NCBI GenBank assembly: GCA_951406725.2
Contig: OX597838.1
Location: 20,894,001-20,958,000 of the forward strand
DNA length: 64,000 nucleotides
Direction: 5' to 3'
Source: Octopus vulgaris
Lineage: Eukaryota
Positions 29,010 to 40,375 of this stretch are shown in pieces; position 1 is the first letter of the stretch; each line of letters starts with the position of its first letter. A program made the position numbers and the translations under genes. Below the pieces are notes generated by a model that had not been told where the DNA came from, made no database searches, and saw nothing but the letters and a program-made list of their open reading frames with translations.

Positions 29010-29052
29010 CCTGCAGACTAGTTTCAGGGAATTTGCCCCTTATCAATGCAAA
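29010..29052 (-). ncRNA. Minimal type-I hammerhead ribozyme-like motif, U3-A8 core variant
   Basis: Minus strand reads TTTGCA-TTGATAA-GGGG caaatt CCCT-GAAA-CTAG-TC-TGCAGG. Stem I is TTTGCA/TGCAGG, stem II is GGGG/CCCT, the stem-III loop CTAG is palindromic, and the site is UC. Confidence 0.6.
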
Positions 29053-29062
29053 GCAGCCGAAC

Positions 29063-29129
<67 letters not shown>

Positions 29130-29702
29130 ATGGACTTTCCCTATCAGTTTTGATGTATGAGGATCCAGCAACCTACACTTTCTTTGTCAGTCATAATGCT
29201 TATGTCAAATGTAATGCTTATGCAAATCATTGTGCTAACGATCTGTGAAGAAGCCCGCAGATGTTGCGAGTATGAGGATTATGGGTCAGTGCAGGTGGTA
29301 TTTTTGCAGCTGTTTTTCTCCTTTGCCTTACACCCCTTAGCCTGTTAATGCTTGTTGAAACAGTCTCCTATACCATATTGATACAACAATCTCCATTCTG
29401 TTCCCTCTGAGGCTGTGTATATTATATATGATATATGATTGTATGTAAATGTAAGATTCAAAGATTCTGGTGTATATGATATATAAGTATTTGTAAAGGT
29501 AAGATCCATGGATCCAGGTGTAGGAAGTTAGTAATTGTCGAGCAGTCTGTAGAAAGTATAAAGAACAACTTTCAGGAACAATAACGATTTATTGATGCAG
29601 AAGATTGTAAAGTTTTCCCATATCAGAGTTCGATAAGCTGAACAAACGTTATTTTATAGTCCATGGTTAGCAACTGGGGTTGCTGTGTCTGCAAATATAA
29701 TT

Positions 29703-29744
<42 letters not shown>

Positions 29745-29746
<2 letters not shown>

Positions 29747-30385
29747 CAAAAGCCCCCCCCCCTCCCCCATCCAATGGATGGTGGAGTTGTCAAACATTTA
29801 AACCAAATATTCTCAAAACAACTTGTCCAACCGTCCCATAGGCCTCCCCTTTGAGAAACACTGATTTAACCTAAATTTGAGACACCAGCAAAAGAAGAAA
29901 TAAAGATAGACTTTTTTTCAATTCCAAGAAAAACGATTTTACAAATGCACGTTCTCACGGCTTTATCGATGACATTCTCACCTGGAATCGATTTTTGTAA
30001 CTTTTTCAAGACTTATACACGCCCTGATACCGTCGGTATCTACATATCAAATTTGAGCGCAATCGGATAAAACAACTTGTCCGACCGTCCCATACCCCAC
30101 TTCCTTTGAGAAATACTGATTTAACCTAAATTTGAGATACCAGCAAAAGAAGAAATAAAGATAGACTTTTTTTCAATTCCAAGAAAAACGATTTTCCAAA
30201 TGCACGTTCCCATGGCTTTATCGATTGCATTCTCACCTAGAATCGATTTTTGTAATTTTTTCAAGACTTATACACGCCCTGATACCGTCGGTATCTACAT
30301 ATCAAATTTGAGCGCAATCGGATGGAGGATGCCCAAGATCCTAGAAGACACACACACAGACAGAATGATTTTATATTATATATAT
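29745..30385. mobile_element. Helitron-like non-autonomous element with a 254-bp internal tandem duplication
   Basis: Units at 29815-30068 and 30069-30323 are highly similar. The element ends caaatttgagcgcaatcggat...acacacacagacaga...ttttatattata. Confidence 0.5.
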
Positions 30386-31057
30386 ATATATATATATAAA
30401 ATACATACATACATGTGTAATACTCGTCTGAATTTATTTCCTTGTCATTTCAAGTGAAACAAGACATTTCATTTAATATTTCTTTTCTTTTTAACAAACA
30501 TTTATAACGAACTATCCAACCAACCATTCTTCTTTTTACCATTTTTACAATTTTGTCTTCTTCGTACCAAAAGGAGATATGTAACAATTTCTAGCACCAT
30601 TCTCTCCTTCTCATTGACATTTACTACTAAGCTGAAACTCTTCACAATACTAACTCTGTTAACCACTTGAAACACAATGGTAACGATGTTGATGATCTTG
30701 TTTAATTTTTCTCCTTTACTAATCTTTCAAAGTCGCAAAGGAAGATCTTAGGTTTTGATTGCTTTTGTTTTAAAGATTATTCCATCATCTCCTAATAATC
30801 TATTGCATTCTTTTGGGTGTATTTATCTTTTTTCTTTTTAAATGCTTATTTAACTGTGAACTTCTTGCCTGCTTTATTAAAAACTGCTTCCAGATATTTA
30901 AACAGTTCTTCTGAATGTTTGATCTGTCTTAGCATGCTTCGAATGACTGGCTCTACACAAGTTTAGTACTGCCGTAGCTCTAGAGGTGGAAGGAATAAAA
31001 GGAAAGAAAGAACTCAGCTATATGCTGTTATCTTTGTAGTGTATGATAGTTTACAGC

Positions 31058-31093
<36 letters not shown>

Positions 31094-31231
31094 CTGTCCA
31101 TACATTGAAAGTTCTGTAGTCAATGTATTTTCAAGTAGTCTCTCTCTCTCTAGAACACTGCTAATTTTCGGTTGTTCTAGTTCCAACTTCTTAATTTGTA
31201 GATCTTTAAAAAAATTGGTATCTTTTTACAG

Positions 31232-31252
31232 ACTCTCAAAATAACCAAAAAA
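31232..31252 (+). CDS. 21-nt microexon candidate (TLKITKK in phase 0, or DSQNNQK in phase 1)
   Basis: Acceptor tctttttacag, consensus gtaagt donor, length a multiple of 3. Confidence 0.55.
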
Positions 31253-31520
31253 GTAAGTTGATGCCTATTTTTACCAATCAAGTCTTCCATTTCCTTTCTT
31301 TCTTTTTTTTTTTTTTTTTTCAAAAATCTCACTCAACTTTTTTTTTTTCTTAATTTCGTTTTCTTTTTTTTAATTATTTCTTAGTTAGTAAATAATATTT
31401 TTTTAATTTCAATTTATCCACTCATTTGTTAAACTTTTAACTCTCGGCTCATTCGCTATGGTTACTCCTTATCTTCATTACTCAACTATTCTCAGCTATA
31501 GCCATGGATTAATCACACAT

Positions 31521-31562
<42 letters not shown>

Positions 31563-31566
<4 letters not shown>

Positions 31567-31795
31567 CGGTGAGCTGGCAGAAACGTTAGCACGCCGGGCG
31601 AAATGCTTAGCGGTATTTCGTCTGCCGCTACGTTCTAAGTTCAAATTCCACCGAGGTTGACTTTGCCTTTCATCCTTTCGGGGTCGATTAAATAAGCACC
31701 AGTTATGCACTGGGGTCGATATAATCGACTTAATCCATTTGTCTGTCCTTGTTTGTCCTCTCTGTGTTTAGCCCCTTGTGGGTAGTAAAGAAATA
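31563..31795 (+). mobile_element. tRNA-derived SINE family B with Nin/Deu-like central domain (representative copy)
   Basis: ggcggtgagctggcagaaacgttagc...gttcaaattcc..gcctttcatcctttcggggtcgat..aagcaccag. Other copies at ~2110-2265(-), 3602-3836(-), 9662-9893, 11295-11480, 24150-24610(-, two), 35905-36120(-), 45026-45470(-, tandem pair) and 53021-53235. Confidence 0.85.
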
Positions 31796-32354
31796 TATAC
31801 ACACACACACACACATATTCATAATACATAGATCGCATCAACAAATTCATCTTTGTATTTTTTCTGTTTTTTTTAAAGTAGTTCTTGTTAGTTTTCTCTC
31901 TGGATTATTTTGTATCTTGCTTTCTCTTTTTTTTTTTCTTAAACCTTTTTGCCTGCTAGTTCTTTGGTTGAGACAGTCATCACTTTTGATTTGACAGCTT
32001 CATAATCTGGCAGAAATAAATAGGTGGGGAGGGGAAAGGGGGGAAACCGAAACAAAGAAAAAAAAACCCAAAACATATGGAAAGAATAAAAAAAACCTAT
32101 GTCTTTCCTCCTCCTGAGCCATGAACCGAACTTTAAATGCGGATTTTGATCAGGGATTTTTAGTTACCGGTTTTGTTTTTGCCAGAAATGAAACTCAAAC
32201 CAATCCAAAAAATCCAGTCTTTGGTCTCATACAAAAATTGCTAATGATAATAATAATAATAATAACAACAATGATAATTTCTTTCTTATTTTTGCTGCTT
32301 TTTCATTTCTAATTGTAGACATTTCATTGACACACATGCCTACACAGACACTGG

Positions 32355-32392
<38 letters not shown>

Positions 32393-33032
32393 TTATTAAT
32401 GTCTGACCTGAAGCTATTTTTTCACTGTGACTCTCCTCAATTTCAACCACTCACCCCCTTCTACTTCTGTGTTCCCCCCTCCTTCTTTCTTACAGTTAAC
32501 AATAACACTGATCATGGTGGCGCTGATGATGGTGTTAATGGTGGTGGTGGTGGTGGTGGTATTAATGGTGGTGGTGGTGATGGTATTAATGGTGGTGGTG
32601 GTGATGGTATTAATGGTGGTGGTGGTGGTCGCTGTGACATTTTAATAATTGAATTCATTTGCAGTCAGATATACTTAAAGCTACATGCTCTGCAAGTTCA
32701 CACTGCCATTTTCTAGTTCGCCTAACAACGGTATTGATTCTCCTCTCTGATTCTTCTTTCTGTCTGTCTCTCTCTCTCTCTCTCTACAAATACACACATG
32801 CACATACACACACACACACATATTTTAAACTTCAACTGACCTTCTCTCCACCATCACTCAGTCAGGGTCACCAAGTTTGACCTATCCCAAAGGCAAAGTT
32901 TAAGTTAATGCTAACATGTTTAATACAGGGAAATATTAAAAGAAAAAACATCATTTAACTAGAATTAATCTATTAGGAGGTGAGACAGCAAAAACAGTCA
33001 AGGACCAAATTACCCTTCTAATGGGAGGTAAC

Positions 33033-33153
33033 TCTGGAGATCTTTCGTCACACATCCTGTGACCTCTTCAGCGACTTTCTGGACAAAACAGGAGACACAT
33101 GGGATGGAGAGTCACTGAAGAGGTCACCAGAGGTGTAACGAAAGATTTCCAGA
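33033..33153. ncRNA. Inverted pair of hammerhead-like motifs
   Basis: Minus copy (33033-33078): CTGAAGA-g-GTCAC aggatgt GTGAC-GAAA-GATC-TC. Plus copy (33108-33153): CTGAAGA-g-GTCAC cagaggt GTAAC-GAAA-GATT-TC. The two arms are imperfect reverse complements around a ~28-bp spacer. Confidence 0.55.
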
Positions 33154-34506
33154 CAGGTCATAAAACTCTGGAGACATTTTGGACTTATTATGACCTCATC
33201 AATCGAAAGTACAAAGCGATGTGATCATTATATAAGCTTACAACTGTTCAACATTGTTATTCCACTCTTCTTTCCACGGTATTGAGTACTCTCACATCAG
33301 TTAATTCTCCTTTACATCACTGTAATCGGTAGCCCTTTAGCATTGAGATTACCCTGATAAAATGTAATACTTATTTATTCACATTGTTTTGAATTAATCT
33401 TGCATTATCTTGTAGGTTTGAGATTTCAACAATGTGATTATCTTTTATATCTTTTACCTGTTTCAGTCATTAGACTGCGGCCAAGCTGAGGCCTTAAAGA
33501 ATTATTAATGAAATCAATTGACCCCCCAGTATTTTTTTTTCTTCTTTTTTTTAAGCCTGGTATTTATTATGTTAGTCTCTTTTGCTGAACAGCTAAGCTA
33601 CGGGGATGAAAACGTAACAGTTTGTCAAGCTGCAGTAAGGGAGGGGGACAGACATACACAAAGACACACACAGATACATGCATGCAGGCTTCTTTCAGTT
33701 TCCATCTACCAAATCCACTCACAAGGCTTTGTTTGGCATGAGGCTATAGAAGACACTTTCCCAAGGTGGCATGCAGTGGAACTGAGCCAGGAATCATGTG
33801 GTTGGGAAGCAAGCTTCTTACCACACAACCATGCTTGCACCTGGCGTGGCTAGTTGGACATTGTAGGCTAAGTGTGAAAGGCAGGATCTGACTGGTTTTA
33901 ACATAAAACTGCTGGGGTGTTTGAGCTGGTTATGCCTGGTTTAATTCTTCAGCAATTAAACTGGCCACATCCGGCTAAATCATTTTACCTGTTTTTATGT
34001 TCATACCAGCTAGATCCAGCCTCTCATACCTGGCCTACAATGCCATTCTAAGAATATACAGTAGCATCATCGAAATCTCAAAACTATTTGATAATGCATA
34101 ACTAATTCGAAATAATGTGAATAAGTATGTATTACATTTGACAGAGGAATCTGAATGTTGAAGTATTAAACCGGACCCTTGTTGGCTTGGCAGCAGGATA
34201 GATGCTGAAATGACTACAGCAGAGCCATGTGTTTACTAGTGATGGGAGCAGCTTCAAAATATGCTAACAGGCTGGTCTCTTGATCTTGCTCTTTCTGTAC
34301 AGATGAATACAAGTCAGTCCTAACATCAAACCGTCCAGCATGGGCTCTTTTGTTACCACTGTGGAGTATTTATTGTTGTTTTGGCTTCATTTGTCTCTCT
34401 TGGTTCAGGACCGAGTTTAGGAATGACCGACTGACTGACTGACTTTTACCCTTTACGTTCCTCCTGTCTCTTTCTCTCTTTCACTGCTGCTGTTACTTTT
34501 CTGTTA

Positions 34507-34847
34507 ACCACTTGAGATTCAACGTAAAGTGTACTAGCCACTGGGGGTGGGTGTTACTGACGCTTTTAGCCCCAGGAGATCGACGTCTCCAGCTGGCCTT
34601 AGACACAATTTCTGTGCCCTTATGATATTTGCAAAGGGAGGTCATCCTCCCTCGAAAACCCAAGTGATACATACGAACTATAGTTTCAAGGTTTTTGCCT
34701 CTCGTCAACGTATGGTAAAAACCGGTTTTCGATGTGTCTAAGGCCAGCTGGAGACGTCGATCTCTTGGGGCTAAAAGCGTCAGTAACACCCACCCCCAGT
34801 GGCTAGCCACATTCAGATGGCTAGTACACTTTACGTTGTCAAGCGGT
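34507..34847. mobile_element. MITE with long TIRs and TA target duplication (Tc1/mariner-like)
   Basis: TIRs of about 100 bp (aacgtaaagtgtactagcca-ctgggggtgggtgttactgacgcttttagcccc...ccttagacaca and its reverse complement), with TA on both sides. Confidence 0.75.
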
Positions 34848-36596
34848 TATTGTTTACATCTCGATCGGAGATTTATTAATACTTGAGATTCAGCTTTTCT
34901 GAAATTTATTGTTTGTAAGCTTACAGGCATGTCAGTGGTGTGGGCTTCCAGTTACCAGCTTTCCTTAACATTTTAAGCCACAGCTTTTATATTATATATA
35001 TATATATATATATATATCTCTCTCGATTGATTGATTGTCGATTCAACTGAAACTGTTAGGCACAGGTACACACATGAAATCTGCAGAACAGTTGACACAT
35101 ACATTTATGTGTAAGCCTGAAGGAGACGGGCTTCTCTTGGAGACCCACAAAACGTTAAGTTGCTCAGAGCCAAATAAGACTGATTTTAAATAATAATAAT
35201 AATAATAATAATAATAATTAATAGTTGTGGCCATGCTGGGGCACTGCCTTGAAGTGTTTGATTGAACAAATCAACTCCAGTACTCATCTTTTTTTTTCTT
35301 TTTTTTTTATTATTAAACCAGATACTTTTTCTCTTGATTTCATTTACTGAAGTGCTAATTTACGGGGATGTAAACAAACCAACACCAGTTTGTAGAATGG
35401 TAGAGGTGGTGAGCAAACACAACAAATACACACATACACACACACAGCTAAATCTGGAATGGTGTGGTGTGGTTGCAAAGCAGACTTTTGACCATACAGC
35501 CATGCCTGTGCACATATAATGTATGTATGTATTATGTGTGTAGTGTGTATGTGGGTGTATGTGTATATATATGTATGTATAGTCATCAATATTTAATGTC
35601 TGCTTTCCCTGCTGGCATGGGTTGGACAGTTTGACCAGAGTTTGGAAGCAGGAGAACTGCACCAGGTTCCAGGCTGATTTGGCACAGTTTCTATGACTGG
35701 ATGCACTGGTGGCTATTTACATGGCGCCAGGATGGGTGCTCTTTATGTGGCCCCAGCACAGGGCTCTTGCAGGCCAATCCTCTTCAGCAAGAGGTGCAGC
35801 ATTAACAATTCTGCTGGTAACCCAGAAAAACATGGAATCTCTTCCTGGGTTTACCTTTTCCATGAGTATGTAAAAATTACGTAAGACAGAGAGAGCAAAT
35901 AATCCTTCCTATTATAGGCACAAGGCCTGAGGTTTTGGGGGAGGGGGTCTAGTCAATTACATCGACCCCAGAATTTCACTGGCACTTAATTTATCGACCC
36001 CGAAAGGATGAAAGGCAAAGTCAACTTCAATGGAATTTGAACTCAGAACATAGTGATGGGTGAAATACCATTAAGTATTTCATCCTGCATGCTAACAACT
36101 CTGCCAGCTTGCTGCCTTTGAGAGGGAGGGAAGGAGAGAGAGAGAGAGACAAATAATGAAGGTAGTTTGGTGTGTGAAATTAAGTACAAGTGTACCCAAT
36201 ATCGTGAAAGACAGCATGGGATAATTTCTATGTCTTCCCAGATTTGCTACTTTAGATTTTTATATTGCATCTGTCATCAACTGGAAATTGCAGCAATGCA
36301 GAACTCAGACTGGTGATTTATAAACCGAAGACATTGAATGGTAAAAATTATACATACACAGTCATGCACATATACACACATGCTCATTTACACACATGCA
36401 CACACACACACACACACTTGGTGTTCTGAAATAATGCTTTTGCAGATATAAAGTGGACAGTGTTGAAATGAATTTCATGTTCAATTAATCAGAAGTTTAA
36501 TGTGTGTGTATGTGGGAGTGTGTCTCTGTGTCTAGTGGTGGTGGTGTCTATGTGCATCTATGTAACATTCATAAATGATATTTTGTTTATCATTTG

Positions 36597-36634
<38 letters not shown>

Positions 36635-36675
36635 TAGGAGTGAGAAACAAGTCACATCTTTAACGTGTGTGTGTG

Positions 36676-36718
<43 letters not shown>

Positions 36719-36723
36719 AATAA

Positions 36724-36922
36724 TAATATGAAGGAATATTATTCCAAACTTACAGGGAAAAATTCAATTTAGAAATACTAAATCAAATTTCACAAAATAT
36801 AATATATATATATATATATATATAAATTAGAAAAAGAAATACCTTTTATCAATTCAATAATGAAAAATTATGGTATAATTTAATTTTTCATTATTGAATT
36901 GATAAAAGGTAGTTTTTTTCTA

Positions 36923-36928
<6 letters not shown>
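36724..36928 (+). mobile_element. (TA)n-embedded tail+palindrome element, family 1
   Basis: Module attccaaacttacagggaaaaattcaatttag..., then (TA)n, then arms at ~36824-36870 and 36881-36928. Confidence 0.6.
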
Positions 36929-36971
<43 letters not shown>

Positions 36972-37258
36972 TATGACATAAAAAAGTATTGGTGTGGGTG
37001 TTGGTGCCACATAAAAAGCACCACAGTACACTCTGTAAAGTGGTTGGCATTAGGAAGGGCATCCAGCTGTAGAAACCATGCTAAGACAGACAATGGAACC
37101 CTGTGTGGCCCCTGGCCTTGCCAGTTCCTGTTAAGCCATCCAACCCATGCCAGCAAAGAAAATGGACGTTAAATGTTGATGATGATGATGATGATATAAA
37201 AAAAGAAAAGAGAAGTAAAAACCTAAAAAAAAAAAGATATATATAGTTAGGTATAGAT

Positions 37259-37515
37259 GTGTGTGTAATTAGAATGTCAAAGAGAAGAATCACAAGATGG
37301 ATTCTTCAAGCTGACCCAAGTGGTAGGAGACCTAAGGTTAGACCAAGAACAAGATGGTTGGATAATATCCATAGTCGCAGTTGGTCATGCCTGGGAATCC
37401 AACCAGAAAGTCTAATAATCGTTGCTTGCGACAGGGACCTCACTGGAAGAAGTGTCCAAGGACTCTACTTTCATAACCCTCCCTCTCAGGAATAGTGCGT
37501 AGCAAAGATGGATGG
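37259..37515 (+). pseudogene. RTE LINE 3' fragment
   Basis: Translation RMSKRRITRWILQADPSGRRPKVRPRTRWLDNI, a typical RTE ORF C-terminus. Confidence 0.65.
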
Positions 37516-37559
37516 ATGGAAGCTGTGTGAGGAACTTCATGTCAGAGGGTTCACATTTT

Positions 37560-37871
37560 GTAGCATGTGAAAAAACATTCAAGCGAGGTCGTTGCCAGTG
37601 CCGCTGGATTGGCTCCTGTGCAGGTGGCATGTAAAAAGCACCATTTGAGCATGGCCGTTGCCAGTACCTCCTGAGTGGCCCTCGTGCTGGTGGCACATAA
37701 AAGCACCCGCTACACTCTCAGAGTGGTTGGCATTAGGAAGGGCATCCAGCTGTAGAAACTCTGCCAGATCAGACTGAAGCCTGGTGCAGCCATGTGGTTT
37801 GCCAGTCCTCAGTCAAATCGTCCAACCCATGCTAGCATGGAAAGTGGACGTTAAATGATGATGATGATGAT
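37560..37871 (+). mobile_element. RTE-tailed retroposon family E (representative copy)
   Basis: gtggttggcattaggaagggcatccagctgtagaa...aacccatgctagcatggaaagtggacgttaaa(tga)n, with upstream ~45-bp subrepeats containing aaaagcacc. Other copies at ~11945-12140, 12660-13140(-), 14080-14470(-), 15080-15560, 16100-16420, 19860-20065, 35580-35760(-), 36970-37195 and 45970-46130. Confidence 0.8.
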
Positions 37872-39518
37872 AAAAAACAATGTAATTTATTGACCATTTT
37901 AACTTCAGAGTAGTCCATTCTGCCACAAGATTTCAGGCCAGGACTTTGGTTTGAGAATAACTCCCTTCCATTCTTCAACCATGTTTGGAGGCCCTGGAAA
38001 ATGTGAAAGTGGTCATTGATGGGGTTTCTTTCTCTTTGACTGAACCATTAAAAAAAAAAGGTGGAGGGGGGGATAACTTGCTCTATATGATTGAATATAG
38101 TGAACGTATATGTATTGGATTATCAGATAAATTCTTTTTTTTCTTTTATAACCTACTTGGCACTCCAGTATTCTGTATCAGGAAAGAGGTACAATTTATT
38201 CATAGTTTGAAAAGGATAAAACAAGTCGTTAAAGAATAGAGCTACAAAAAAAAAAAAAACACATGCACTATAGAAATGGCATTGAGAAAGATTAAAATAA
38301 AATGCAAAGAAAATAAAAATGAAAAGAAAAGATTTATCTGGCAACTGAAGCTGTAAAATCTTTATTGAGAAAATATCTGTAGATTCTCCTTTACTAAAGA
38401 ATCATTAGAAAAACAATGGATTGTTGAAGCAGAGAAGTGGTCAATAAGAAGTCTACAAACCTGTTAGTGGAGCTAACTCTAGAGAACGTTGCAGAAATAG
38501 GCTTAACACAGTACACGATACTGAAGCACTGACCAGTATAAATAGATACACCCTGCATAAAGTGTATTATGTAAAACAACTGCACTCTGGCTGTAGAACT
38601 GTTGAACATGTTAATGGGTGACTCATTTAATTTATTCCAATAGGAGCAGATCGACAACAGAATTTGCTTAAACAGGAAGAGTCGTTAACACTGTACTGGA
38701 TCACACAGAAAGAAATAATTTTCAAGTTTTATTTCTGTTTTAATGACTATCACAGTCTACAGGGGTGTTTTTTTTTTGTTGCATTATATGTGTATTCATC
38801 ATCATCATCATCGTCCAGTGTTTTAAATCTGGGTTTTGTCCCCGTTAACCGGGGTGGTCGAATCTACCTCAATGCCATAGCAACTGAGTCAGGAAGGTGC
38901 AGCTCACCCCAACCTTTGGGTTGGCTGGCTGGCTGGCTGGTACTCATTCTCCTTTGCTATCATGAGGCCTTTTTTGGGGGCTGGATTTTCTGTGCTTACC
39001 CCCAACCTCTGTTTCTAGACATGAGTAGTCCCGAGACCAAGACCCCTACCATAATTTTTAAGAACTGTAGTGGAAAGCTAGCTTAGGAAGGCGGGGATGC
39101 TACTCCCTGAGACCCCTTTCGGAGCCCCCTACCTATGTTATATGTAATACGTATGTAATATATATATATTAGGTTTGTATTAATTAAATGATATATAGTG
39201 TGTGTATATAATTATATATTAACCCTTTTGTGAGCAGAGGAGTTTACTGCTCCCTTTCTAGCTGGTTTCTTGGTAACTTCTCTTCGTTGGTACAGGACAA
39301 TCACCAGCTAAAGATAGCAGCCACTCACTCTAGCCAACTGGAAAAGATATTTTTTCTGGGGCTAAAAAGTAGTAACATTGTCCGACGCAGGACTGTCATT
39401 TTGCACGGGCAAATAGACTTTACCTTATATATCTATATATGTATATGTGTGTATGTGTGTGTATACACATACACCATCATCGTTTAATGTCTGCCTTCCA
39501 TACAAGCATGAGCGAGAC

Positions 39519-39554
<36 letters not shown>

Positions 39555-39833
39555 AGTCCAGTAAAATTTAGATTCAGATGAATATTGTACTTAAGTTAAA
39601 GGCACCAGAATTTTGTATGGTATTATCCATATAAATCAAATGGGGTGATTATAATCAAAATAATTTATACAATAATTTACACAATAATTTCATTTTTTTT
39701 TAAATAAGCAACAAGCAAGGTAGCATGAAACAATTGTACTACACTACCTTGGATATCCTTGTTGCTCATTTTGATTATACATATATATATTTATATATAT
39801 ATATATACATACACACACAATGACTGAAACAAG

Positions 39834-39874
<41 letters not shown>

Positions 39875-40050
39875 CACACAAACATACACACAATTGTATT
39901 TCCATGCATTAGTCTCTCTCTCTCCTCCTATTTACATGCACATACACACACATATATATATATAGTGTTTGATAAGTATCAAGATAGTGAAAAGTGTGAA
40001 TGAGTCAGTCAGTCAGTAAGTGTGAATAGTTAAGTGATGGTTGTTTGTAG

Positions 40051-40144
40051 CCCAGACAAGAACGAACAATCTGTGCCTGAGTCAGAGCTATGGAAGACAT
40101 CAATACGCAACACACTGCATGGCACCACTCACCCATCCACACTC
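40051..40144 (+). CDS. Candidate coding exon (PDKNEQSVPESELWKTSIRNTLHGTTHPSTL)
   Basis: Acceptor ttgtttgtag; complex non-repeat sequence with an open frame (phase 2-0). The donor gtatat is weak. Confidence 0.45.
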
Positions 40145-40159
40145 GTATATATTTCTTAA

Positions 40160-40375
40160 CCCTTTAGCGTTCAGATTACTCCATGAAATGTAATGCTAAT
40201 GTATCCATGTTATTTTCCATTAATCATGCGTTATCTTGTACCTTAAAAATTTTGATAATGTGATTGGTTATCATTAGATTGACATTGTAGGGTAGGTGTG
40301 AGAGGCCTGATCTGGCTGGTTTTAACATGAGACAGGTAGAATATTTTGGCTAGATATGGTTTAAATGCTAAAGTG
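40160..40375. mobile_element. TTAA-flanked piggyBac-like MITE
   Basis: TTAA-ccctttagc ... gctaaagtg-TTAA. Related copies at 21445-21998, 33330-33945 (interrupted by a SINE), 33955-34170 (inverted) and 59505-59942. Confidence 0.65.

Noticed and set aside
32476-32640. Gly-rich reading frame (INGGGGDG repeats) after a good acceptor
   Set aside because: Explained by a (GGT)n-based simple repeat, and there is no convincing donor.
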